Shown here piece after piece: positions 37,075 through 48,029 of a stretch of 64,000 nt of DNA. The stretch is taken from positions 46,874,001 through 46,938,000 of the forward strand of contig NC_086097.1 of NCBI RefSeq assembly GCF_963921235.1, written 5' to 3'. The notes below the pieces were generated by a model. It did not search any database. It saw nothing but the letters and a program-made list of their open reading frames with translations, and was not told the origin of the DNA. Position numbers and translations under genes: made by a program. This stretch comes from Mobula hypostoma. Its lineage: Eukaryota. The stretch's first letter is position 1; every line of letters begins with the position of its first letter.

Positions 37075-38359
37075 ACTGTCTGCAGAATTGGATTGTTCAA
37101 CTTTCAAAACGCTTCCCTGCACTCTTGACTCAACAAAGCGTGGTGTTCAGTTAAGTTTTCTTATACTTAAGGAGAGATCAGTCAGTTTTTTTAATAAGCT
37201 GAAACAGAAAGCACTGGACGATGGTGATGAAAGTGTTGCAAAAGTGGAATTTAAAGGTAGTCATGGGTGGATTGATTGGTTTCTGAGGCGAGGGCAGCTT
37301 CATAGTTTAACGTTTACCGGAGAGAGTGCTTCAGCTGATAATGAAGCTGCCAAAAAGTTCCCAGCAGAACTGAAGAAAATAATTACAGAAGGTGGTTATT
37401 CGTATAAGCAAGTGTTTAACTGTGACGAAGCTGCAATTTATTGGAAAAAATTGCCGAGCAAGACATTTATTTCGATAGAAGAAAAGCAGGCTAAGGAACA
37501 CAAGGCATTGAAGGACAAGTTTACCCTAATGCCTATTATTAACATCACTGGTGATACTGTCCTTAAGCCTCTACTAGTGCACCATTCAGAAAATCCGAGG
37601 GCACTTAAAGGCATTGAGAAGAAAACACTTCCTGTTGTGTTTCGTTCACAATCCAAGTGGTTGGAATATCCTAAAGTGCTTTTTACTGAGTACGAGTGGA
37701 TACGTTAGTCCTTTTGTTGAAAAATACTGTAGAGAAAATAACCTCGATAATAGGTGTCTTGTGATTGTGGATAATTGTGCTGCTCATCCACCTGGCATTA
37801 CTGAATATGGCGGTAACATTCGTGTTGTGTTCTTACCGTCGAATACGGCATCGTTGCTGCAGCCGTGAGGCCAAGGCCTAATAGCCACAATTAAGGCTTA
37901 CTACACGCAAAATGTGAAGCGTTTTATTGTAAGTACCATTGACAGAAAGGGCAACTCCAAAGCGTCTTTGCGAGAGATCTAGAAAGAATACAGTGTAAAA
38001 CTGGCAATCGCCAACATTGGAGATGCTCTCGATAGGTTAACAGCCTCTGAGAAATGGCGTTTGGAGGAAACTGTGTCTTTCCGATTCTGGTAAGTGAAAC
38101 TACACTGTACATACATTATTTCTATTTTATATAGGCTGTATATTTATCATATCATTCCTGATTTTACTATATGTTACTGTTATTTTAGGTTTTATGTGTT
38201 ATTTGGCATGATTTTGTAGTTTATTTTTGGGTCTGGGAACGCTCGAAAATTTTTCCCATATTAATAAATGGTAATTGCTTATTCACTTTACGACATTCCG
38301 GCTTACGAACCATTTCATAGGAACGCTCTGCTCTACCTTCGGATAGCAAGGGAAACCTG
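37075..38359 (+). mobile_element. 5'-truncated Tigger/pogo transposase pseudogene with right TIR
   Basis: FKGSHGWIDWF, GESASAD, QVFNCDEAAIYWK, IVDNCAAHP, FLPSNTASLLQP*; ends GGGAAACCTG-TA. Confidence 0.9.
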
Positions 38360-38924
38360 TATTAGCTAGTGCATAATGTGCGCATTATGCATATGAAAAT
38401 ACACCAAGTATACTTAATTCAGAAAGTCTTTATAGACCTTTTAAGAAAATAATTAGTGACTAAGAATTGTAACCATTAGAGAAGCAGGAACATCATCAAA
38501 TATATGTAAGTGCCACTGGGCAACAGTCATTGAGACAGGCTACCACGCTCTTCTTGGGCACCGGTACGATTAAAGCCTGCTTGAAGGAGATGGGTACCAC
38601 ACATTACCAGAGCCAGAAGTTGAAGATATCTGTGAATACCCCAGCCAGTTGATTAGAACAGGTCTTCAGTACTCGGCCAGGTACTCTGTCCAGGTACTCT
38701 CTTCTGTTCTAGTTCTCCATAATCCTCAACTCCTATATCTATTGCAAATACTTATCTATTTCCATTTCAAATATACATAATAATCTGGTCTTCACCAACT
38801 CAGGGCAGAGAAATCCTGAAATTCACTGCCCTCTGTGTTAAGGCAGATGGCCAAATGGTTGTTCTTAAAGCAACCCCTTACAGAACCGTGAGGTGTAATT
38901 TCAGCAGATAGCTTTCCGGATGAA

Positions 38925-39735
38925 GTACATCTCATTGCCTCAGTAAAGCATCCAGCATAATCAAAGACCAAACTCAACCCGGGCGTTCTCTCTTCTCCTC
39001 TCTCTCATTGGACAGAAGATACAAACATCTGAAGTATGTCGTTGTCGTGGCTCTCCCTCGAGGTCGAGGATGATGGTCTTCGTTCTGAAGAAGTGGCCCA
39101 CAGAGTGAAGATGCCTGTGCATGTATTTGTTTAACGTGTACTTGATGTTGCACTCCAAGAAGCACACGACACTTCACAAATCAACCAACTGATTTCAATG
39201 GCATGGAAACCACGATGATTGGAGCTGATGGATTTGCTGCAGCCTTCAACCGCCTTCACAGCCGTTGAGTTCAAAGTAACCGTCCGCCTGTTCCACCGTT
39301 GAGGTCTTGGTTGGATTGTTCTTTGTCAGAGACCTCACCCCCGACCTTACCACCATGGGTGACCCTACCAGGAGCATAGCTCCAGACAGCATTGCTCTCA
39401 AGATCACAGGAACGCACAAGCTTCTCTACCACGACAAGGTGACAATCCACAAAGAAGATGTATGTACCACTAGGCTCAAGAACAGCATCTATCCCACTGT
39501 CAGGTTCTTGAATGGAGCTTATATTCTCAGATAGACTCTTGGCCTCACAATCTACCTCTTTATAATCTTACACTTGCTCTGCACTGTTTCTGTAGCTTTT
39601 ACACTTTATACTGCATTGTTACTATTTTACTTTACTCTGGCTCAATGCACTGTGTAATGATTTGATCTATGTAAACAGAATGCAAGATTAGATTTTCGCT
39701 GTATCTTGGTACATGTGACAATAACAAACCAATCC
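38925..39735 (+). mobile_element. Rex1-like LINE 3' end interrupted by an RTE derivative
   Basis: GRRYKHLK..TTRLKNSIYP on either side of the insertion; tail GTGACAATAACAAACC. Confidence 0.65.
39040..39459 (-). mobile_element. 420-bp non-autonomous RTE-clade derivative
   Basis: TSD GTATGT (39034-39039, 39460-39465). 5' sequence CACCTTGTCGTGG..CCTGGTAGGGTCACCCATGG..CTGACAAAG resembles, from memory, RTE (Expander/Rex3, BovB) 5' UTRs. ACG-type tail. Confidence 0.7.
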
Positions 39736-39744
39736 GGATGCACT

Positions 39745-40500
39745 ACTTTTCTTAATACATATGAATGATTTCAACTTGGATGCTCAGAGCACCATTTTGA
39801 CAAATGCAGATGACACAGAACTCGGAGAAATAGGGTAGGTGAGGATGATAAAAATAGACTTCAAGGAGATATAGTCAGGATGACTAAATGAACAGATAGG
39901 TGGCACATTGATCATAATACATTGAAGTCCAAAGTATTATATTTCAGAAGTAAAAATGAGAAAAAGCAATATAAATTAGAGTGAATAATTCTAAAAGGAG
40001 TGCAAATACAGAGAGCTTTGAGGATTATGTGTATAGATCACTTTAAAGTGGCAAGGCAGGTTCAGAAAGTGGGTGGAAAAAGTACACAGGTCAGGGTTTA
40101 TAAATGGAAGCAGAGATTACAAGAACATTGAATATATGACGGAATTTTATATAGCCTTGCTTCAATCAAGCTTTTGGAAAACTTTGAAGGTTATGGAGAG
40201 AATGCAAAAGAGAATGGACAAAATTATTCTGAGAGACTTGGGCTGGATATGTAGACCATGAAAAACAGAAGATACAACAGTGCAGCTCTGTATAGGCTCT
40301 TCGGCCCCATGATGTTCTGCTGTTGCGCTGACCTAATCTACTCCAAGATCCTGGGTTATTCTCAAATAGATGGAAAGGAAGAAATTGAAAGAAGATCTTT
40401 CAGAATCATAAAGACTTTCATCATGATCTTTTAGAATCAGGAAGAGTAGAAAGAGAAAAATGTTGCTGGCTATGTGGATAGTGTGATAAGAACTAGGAAC
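39745..40500 (+). mobile_element. Old degenerate CR1 RT fragment
   Basis: ADDTEL and MERMQKR remnants. Confidence 0.55.
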
Positions 40501-40545
40501 ATATTAATCACTCTCTTTCTTGAAAACAATCACTACAATCAATAC

Positions 40546-42560
40546 AAACAACAGGAATTCTGCAGATGCTGGAAATTCAAGCAACACACATCAAAGTTGC
40601 TGGTGAACGCAGCAAGCCAGGCGGCATCTCTAGGAAGAGGTACAGTTGATGATTCAGGCCGAGACCCTTCGTCAGGACTAACTGAAGGAAGTTAGTAAGA
40701 GATTTGAAAGTGGGAGGGGGAGGGGGAGATCCAAAATGATAGGAGAAGACAGGAGGGGGAGGGATGGAGCCAAGAGCTGGACAGGTGATTAGCAAAGGGG
40801 GTATGAGAGGATCATGGGACAGGAGGTCCGGGGAGAAAGACGGTGGGGGGGGAACCCAGAGGATGGGCAAGGGGTATAGTCAGAGGGACAGAGGGAGAAA
40901 AAGGAGAGTGAGAGGAAGAATGTGTGTATAAGAATAAATAACTGATGGGGTACAAGGAGGAGGTGGGGCATTAGCGGAAGTTAGAGAAGTCAATGTTCAT
41001 GCCATCAGGTTGGAGGCTACCCAGAAGGAATATAAGGTGCTGCTCCTCCAACCTGAGTGTAGCTTCATCTTTACAGTAGAGGAGGCTGTGGATAGACATG
41101 TCAGAATGGGAATGGGATGTGGAATTAAAATGTGTGGCCACTGGGAGATCCTTTCTCTGGCAAGCTTATTAACTTTGCCTCCAACTTTCACCCTGCCCTC
41201 AAGTTTACCTGGTCCATTTCCGACGCCTCCCTCCCTTTCTAGATCTTTCTGTCTCTGTCTCTGGAGACAGCTTATCCACTGATGTCTACTATAAGCCTAC
41301 TGACTCTCACAGCTATCTGGACTATTCCTCTTCTCACCCTGTCTCTTGCAAAAATGCCATCCTCTTCTCGCAATTCCTCCATCTCCGCCGCATCTGTTCT
41401 CAGGATGAGGCTTTTCATTCAAGGACAAGGGAGACGTCCTCCTTTTTTAAAGAAAGGGGCTTCCCTTCCTCCACTATCAACTCTGCTCTCAAACGCATCT
41501 CCCTCATTTCACGCACATCTGCTCTCACTCCATCCTCCCGCCACCCCACTAGGAATAGGGTTCCCCTGGTCTTCACCTACCACTCCACCAGCCTCCGGGT
41601 CCAACACATTATTCTCCGTAACTTCCGCCACCTCCAACGGGATCGCACCACTAAGCACATCTTTCCCTCCCCCCACCCCCCCCCGCTTTCCGCAGGGATC
41701 ATTCCCTACACGACTCCCTTGTCCATTCGTCCCCCCCATCCCTCCCCACTGATCTCCCTCCTGGAACTTATCCGTGTAAGCGGAACAAGTGCTACACATC
41801 CCTTACACTTCCTCCCTTACCACCATTCAGGGCCCCAGACAGTCCTTCCAGGTGAGGCGACACTTCACCTGTGAGTCGGCTAGGGTGATATACTGCGTCC
41901 GGTGCTCCCGATGTGGCCTTCTATATATTGGCGAGACCCGACGCAGACTGGGAGACCGCTTTGCTGAACACCTACGCTCTGTCCGCCAGAGAAAGCAGGA
42001 TCTCCCAGTGGCCACATATTTTAATTCCACATCCCATTCCCATTCTGACATGTCTATCCACGGCCTCCTCTACTGTAAAGATGAAGCCACACTCAGGTTG
42101 GAGGAACAACACCTTATATTCCGTCTGGGTAGCCTCCAACCTGATGGCATGAACATTGACTTCTCTAACTTCCGCTAATGCCCCACCTCCCCCTTGTACC
42201 CCATCCGTTATTTATTTTTATACACACATTCTTTCTCTCACTCCTTTTTCTCCCTCTGTCCCTCTGACTATACCCCTTGCCCATCCTCTGGGTTCCCCCC
42301 CTCGTCTTTCTCCCAGGACCTCCTGTCCCATGATCCTCTCATATCCCCTTTGCCAATCACCTGTCCAGCTCTTGGCTCCATCCCTCCCCCTCCTGTCTTC
42401 TCCTATCATTTTGGATCTCCCCCTCCCACTTTCAAATCTCTTCCTAACTCTTCCTTCAGTTAGTCCTGACGAAGGGTCTCGGCCTGAAACGTGGACTGTA
42501 CCTCTCCCTAGAGATGCTGCCTGGCCTGCTGCGTTCACCAGCAACTTTGATGTGTGTTGC
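40546..42560 (+). mobile_element. 5'-truncated Penelope-like element (Neptune-type) with inverted upstream pseudo-LTR
   Basis: RT thumb (LPFLDL, VYYKPTDSHSYLDYSSSHP, SQFLHLRRICS), Cys-rich linker, GIY-YIG endonuclease (VIYCVRCSRCGLLYIGETRRRLGDRFAEH). 40546-41160 is the reverse complement of the 3' region. Confidence 0.92.
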
Positions 42561-43207
42561 ATGATAGCAACCTCCCTGTTTGCTGGAGAAATTGTGGAAA
42601 TCAAAATGCAAACCATTATCATATTTTCTGAGAATGCCCCGTTATCAAAGACTATTGGAGTGGGATACACAAGACATCTTTAAATGTGAAACACCCTTAG
42701 AAAGTAAGACCATATATTTTGGGTATGTACCTCAAGAATGGTTGAAAAGAGATAAATATTTAATGAATATACTGCTGGTGGCTGGTAAAAAGACTCTTAC
42801 CAGGAAATGGTTATCACAGGAGAGCCCAACTTTAAATGTATGGATGGAAATTACAATGGACATTTACAAAATGGAGAAGATAACAGCATGTTAATCATAA
42901 GTTGGAACAATTTGATTCATACTGGGAAAAATGGTTTAACTACATAACACCTCATAGGCCTGATTTTATTCTCACAAGTCAATGAATATGTTGTAAAAAA
43001 AATCACTCCCTACTTTGTACATAGATCTTTTCTTTTGATTGTTCTTTCTTTCCTCTCCTTTCTATAAGTGTATACCTCAGATAAATATTATGTGGAGATT
43101 TGTGACAAATATGACTATATGATATATATGTACAGTATCTGAAATACATCTTATGGAAAGTTTTGTTTGATGATGAACTTCGATAAAAAATAAATTACAA
43201 AAAAAAA
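42561..43207 (+). mobile_element. L1/Tx1-clade 3' fragment with poly(A)
   Basis: HYHIF*ECPVIKDYW, LLVAGKKTLTRKW..PTLNVW; AATAAA followed by an A-run ending at 43207. Confidence 0.8.
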
Positions 43208-43899
43208 GTGGACAAATGTATAACACACAAAAGAATTTTCAGGGCTATAGTAGGAGAGCAAAATAACTGGGACTCACCGGATTTATTCTTATAGAACCAT
43301 TATAGACTTGCGGCTCAAATGGCCTCCTTCCATGCTACACTACACAATTCTTATACTCTCCATTCAATCATCAGGCAATGCTGATCTAATTTATATCTCC
43401 ATAGCTGACTGAGTTAAGTTAAATAACATCCAATCCATTTCAATCACACATTGCCTCTCTTACAATTCACCAGCTTATGTTGTGTTTCACTGCAAAGGCT
43501 CTGCAGTTAAAAGCACAGGAAAACAACTGCTATCATATGGGTGAAAAGAAATTCCATGCAGGTCTACAGTATGTCAGAACTGGTGCATCCTTTGCAATGA
43601 AAAAGAATACACATAACAAAAACACAGGACTATTATGGGTAGAAGTACTGCACCAAAAGAGTCTTGAAAACTTGGAAACTTCACAACATCATGAAATTGA
43701 GATCCATTACATGCTTGTCAGAGATTAGGATCAGGTATTTTAGATCATAAGTTCAGTCATCATAATGAAAAATAAGGAAAAGATGAATATAATGAAGTGA
43801 TAAGATCAAAGGAAACTTACAATATGTCTGTTATCCAATGTACTTGCAGATTTAGAGAGGATAATAGTGCCGGCCTCGCATCTGTGTTTTTTAATAGTC

Positions 43900-44683
43900 A
43901 TCTTATCCAGAGTCGTTAAGCCCTTGTGCTTTCTGTTTAATCTTGACTTTTACTTTGACTGGCATAGGTTTTCAGCCTACCGTGATTGCTTAAAGCAGAC
44001 TTCCAATTACTTATTATTATTATGAGGTCCTTGTGTGTGTGTTTGCAGAATGATCTGGCTCACAGTGTCGCTTGGTCAGGCCACCGATGATTAATTGGAA
44101 TTCCAATGAATTAATTTTTGTTTCTGTCTCAACGTGGGAGTTTTTCTCTCCTCCACACGTGGGTCCAGTCTCCCATCAGTGCATTCTGTGACAGAAGGAC
44201 CCCGCGCCATAAATGGACCCACTGGATGATCAACAGCGGCTTGGACATCGGTCAGCTGGAGGCAAGGGTACCTTTGTTTCTCAGTGCTTGGCCTGAGGTT
44301 ACGTTCTGAGTTTCTTCAGTCCATGTTCCGAGCTTCTCTAGTCTATGTTCAAGGTTGTTAAGGTTTCCTGAGTCTCCCATGGCCTTCCATGTTTCTGAGT
44401 TTGATGCTATGTTTCCGCATTTTATTCTATGTTTCTGAGTTATATGTAATGTTCCCAAGTTTTCTAGCCCTGTCTCAAGAGCATCAGGTCTGTTTCAAAT
44501 TTACCAATTCTGTCTTGAGAGCATCAGGTCTGTTTTGAATTTATGAGCACTGTCCTAAAAGCATCAGGTCTATTTCAACTTTACCAGCCTTGTCTCAAGT
44601 TCCCCACGACTCCTGGGCCATCGAGAAGGGAGGTACTGTCATGCGCTGTGCTGGCCTGCTAGTTGAACCAGATAATCATGACA
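43900..44683 (+). mobile_element. Possible degraded non-autonomous LTR element
   Basis: ATGGACCC (MDP, as in the gag start at 991); purine tract GAGAAGGGAGG followed by TGTCATG...CATGACA. Confidence 0.35.
44471..44599. repeat. 40-bp tandem repeat, about 3.2 copies
   Basis: Units start at 44471, 44511, 44551 and 44591; invariant GCATCAGGTCT core in the three full units. Confidence 0.85.
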
Positions 44684-44829
44684 ACATTTACACCACATCT
44701 GCAGTTTAATGTCATTAAAGTCTAGTTGGATATTAAATCATTCAAATCACCAGTTACCCTCTATTTTGTTACAATGAATGAGCTGTAATATTTTGCTGTT
44801 ATAGTGAAATCTGACATTTAAAAACTACA

Positions 44830-44905
44830 AGCAACGCACATCAAAGTTGCTGGTGAACACAGCAGGCCAGGCTGCATCTCTAGGAAGAGGTGCAGTCGAC
44901 GTTTC
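44830..44905 (-). mobile_element. 76-bp Penelope pseudo-LTR fragment with TSD
   Basis: AACTACA at 44823-44829 and 44906-44912; on the minus strand the insert begins GAAACGTCGACTG. Confidence 0.8.
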
Positions 44906-45490
44906 AACTACACCTTTCTGTTAAATATACATAAAACTGAAAATTGTCTTTCTTTAAAAATTGCATTCTTTTACAAAAATCTGAATTCTGTATTACACTT
45001 TTTGATTCCAAAAAATGCTTCTACATTCGATCAAACTTCTCATGAAAGACTCATGAAAAAGGGAATTGTCTCCTTAAAGTAAAATTCGTGCTTATTCATT
45101 CAAAATGTATCCTGTTACATTTAATCAAAATGAAATTCCACTCTTTTTGCATGTTATCAGATTGCAGGTTCCTTTGATATCTTTATTAACTATGTCTTCA
45201 TTTTTGTCATTATGAAAATTTTAAATTATTCGCAGTATATCTTTTTATCTAAGCCACTAAATAGTTAATATAACAGCTTCTCACTTATTGTACTAAATAC
45301 CCTGAATATTTCTCAAACCCATGCCAGTTCTGCTAACCAATTGTTAATTTTTTTCTCTCTAAAAGAGAAGTGAGTAAGTGAAAATTCCTGACAGGAATTG
45401 AGCTAGGGATAACTACTTCAAATCTGTGCTGGGTTTTTACACTTAGATGGTGAATTTTTGGAAATATTACTAAGGATTCCCCTTACGTAC

Positions 45491-45540
45491 CTCAGCCCAA
45501 ATTTCAGTTCCTTTACAATATGCCAAACAGGATACACGTT
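45491..45540 (-). CDS. Candidate internal micro-exon of an unidentified host gene
   Basis: Acceptor TTTTTTTCTTTCTCCTAG and donor GAG|GTACGT (alternative GTAAGG 4 nt further) in non-repeat sequence; open as RVSCLAYCKGTEIWAE or NVYPVWHIVKELKFGL. Protein not recognised. Confidence 0.3.
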
Positions 45541-45964
45541 CTAGGAGAAAGAAAAAAATTAGTCAAATAAATCAGACCATGTCATTCATCCTGTTAGCCA
45601 TTGTTGTGGTAACAATGGAAAAGTCTTATCAATCTTACTATAGAAATGACTGTGAATATTGGTGGAGTGGGGTGGGATGAGGGCGTTGGAGAAGAAGGGG
45701 TACAAAGATGGTCTTTGCCAGCAGTACAAAGTTGCTCATAACAAAAGGGCTAATTTATACAAAATGATTTTATTATCTAGTAAAATCATAATCTGCTGCT
45801 CAAATTAATATAATACTCTGTGTAATATTCTATTTAGCATTTTGTTCACTTCCATAGGATCATTCTTAAGTGACAGCTTTCTAATTATTTCTCCTGATTC
45901 AGAAATCTAACACTAGGCATCAAGCCTGTGGTTTTCTGTTGCATTCCTTATCATTCCCTAATTG

Positions 45965-46770
45965 CTTATGGCACCCAACGGCAACTCCTTTGCTTGCATC
46001 TTCAAAAACAGTTCTATTTCCATCTTTAATATCTCTATTTCTCCCTTTCAGGGTTCTTTTGAAGACCCTGACCTGGAGTTACACACTGACTACGGTTCTT
46101 TGTTGGAATGGGACCCAATCTTGTGGTTTCACAATCGGCCGCTAATCAGCATGCCAAAGGCTTGGCCTAAGATTTCAGTACAGATTCAGAAGCCTGGGAT
46201 CTTGAGGAACTGGAGATGAGCGGATCGAGAGTCAGTATCGCTACAGGAGACCCATGTGTCATTGGGGGAGTCGGAACATCTGCAGTGTGCCTGGGAACCC
46301 GAGATCTTTGCGATCTTCAGGCACAGAGCTCGAAAAAAGCGATGTAACTGCCTTTTAACATTATAAGCCAGCAAATAGTTTGTTATGTCTCCCCGCTCAT
46401 TGGAAAATGGAGTCACCTCTTTCTCCCTTATGAGGAGAGAGAGAGAGCCTGCAGCATGTCGAATTATTGGGTGAACAATGTAGTCGTAGGGGTAACTGCA
46501 AGTCTGTATCTTTGCTATTGCTTGGCTCACGCTTGAGTGCTGGTAGCGGGTGCGCATTATTTTTGCCGGTGGGGGGAGGGGATTGTTGCTTGCTGCCGCT
46601 TATGCGCGGGAGGGAGAGGAGCTGGGGTGGGGGGACTTTGGGGTTCTAACATTTAACTGTCATTCATTCTCGGGGCACTCCTCTGTTTTCGTGGATGGTT
46701 GCTAAGAAAAAGTATTTCAGGATGAATATTGTATGCATTTCTCTTGACATTAAACTGTACCTTTGAACCT
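45965..46770 (+). mobile_element. Non-autonomous non-coding LINE-dependent element
   Basis: Starts ATGGCACCCAACGGCAACTCC (cf. 19798); LINE-like tail GACATTAAACTGTACCTTTGAACC. Confidence 0.45.
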
Positions 46771-48029
46771 ACGTCCAGAACTGCAATGACAATTGGCCCA
46801 ACTATAGCACAGCACATTTTCTACTGTTTTGGCAAATTATTACTTGCTGACCTGCATTAGATTCATCCACTAAACAAAAGGGCATTTGGCAGGGGGAGAA
46901 GGAAACAGAAACATAGAATAATTTAAGTGGTGAGAGACAGAAAAGTAATAGTGCTCATAAAGGCTATTACTTATAAATGAGTTATTGATTGAGGGAATCC
47001 AGCAAAGATTCGCCTAGGATGGCAGGTCTGTTGCATGAGGTAGAGGATTGGGTTGGGCTGATATTCTCTAGAATTGAGCAGAAAAACAGATGATCTCACT
47101 GAAATGTACATCATTTCATGGTGTTTTAAAGGGTAGCTGTGTAGATAATGTTTCCCATCACTGAGGTATCAAGGACCAGAATACTCACCTTGCAGGTAAG
47201 GGGTTGACAAAAAAGGATAAAGCGAGAATTTTTTTTTGTCCAAGGGAAGTTAATCTTTGACTGTAATATGTAGCCTGCTTGGGTCATTAATGACAAAGAT
47301 TAACTATCCAAGTAATAATTACATTTACAACAGAGATCAAAAGCTATTTAAATATTAAGGGATTCAAATAATATAGGAAAGTACAGCCGAAGTAAAAGAT
47401 CAGCCATGATCTCATTGAGTGGCAGAACAGGCGGATGGGGCTGAATGGCATACTCTTTCTTATAATTCTGATGCTCTTTCAGACCAAGTACTTTTCAGAG
47501 TCAGAGAGTCATGGACATACAGCACAGAAACAGGTCTTTCAGCCCAAATGTATACTGGTCATTTTTTTTAGATTTTAGATTAGATTATGAGGACACGCAG
47601 ACCTCTTTTATTGTCATTTAGTAATGCATGCATTAAGAAATGATACAATTTGTTCCTCCAGAATGATATCACAGAAATACAAGACAAACCAAGACTAAAA
47701 AAAAATTTTCTTTCTGACACCAGGTCTGATATATAGCTGTAAAGATTCTGCCCCTCAGCCTCTCTATTCACTTTATGTTTACCTATAATTTTACATAATT
47801 TCTGGGATGCCATTTTCAATTCTTCAAGTTTAATAAAAACTCTATCATTTAACGCTATCATTATGCTTAAGTAACTCAGGCACCATTGTAAATTAGAAGG
47901 AACAGAAATCCCAAGCTTTAGGATATCTTGTTGAATTCTTATTCATATTACTCATGTTAAGTTTTGAGAAGTAGGATCACAAGGGCTGTAAACTCAGAAT
48001 TACTGCTTGTGCCATGCAACAGTGAGTAT

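Noticed and set aside
37088..37868. TIGD-like host gene
   Set aside because: Frameshift, stop codons, missing N-terminus and retained TIR indicate a decayed transposon.
44471..44599. CRISPR-like array
   Set aside because: Eukaryotic context; units are similar along their whole length with no unique spacers; no cas genes.
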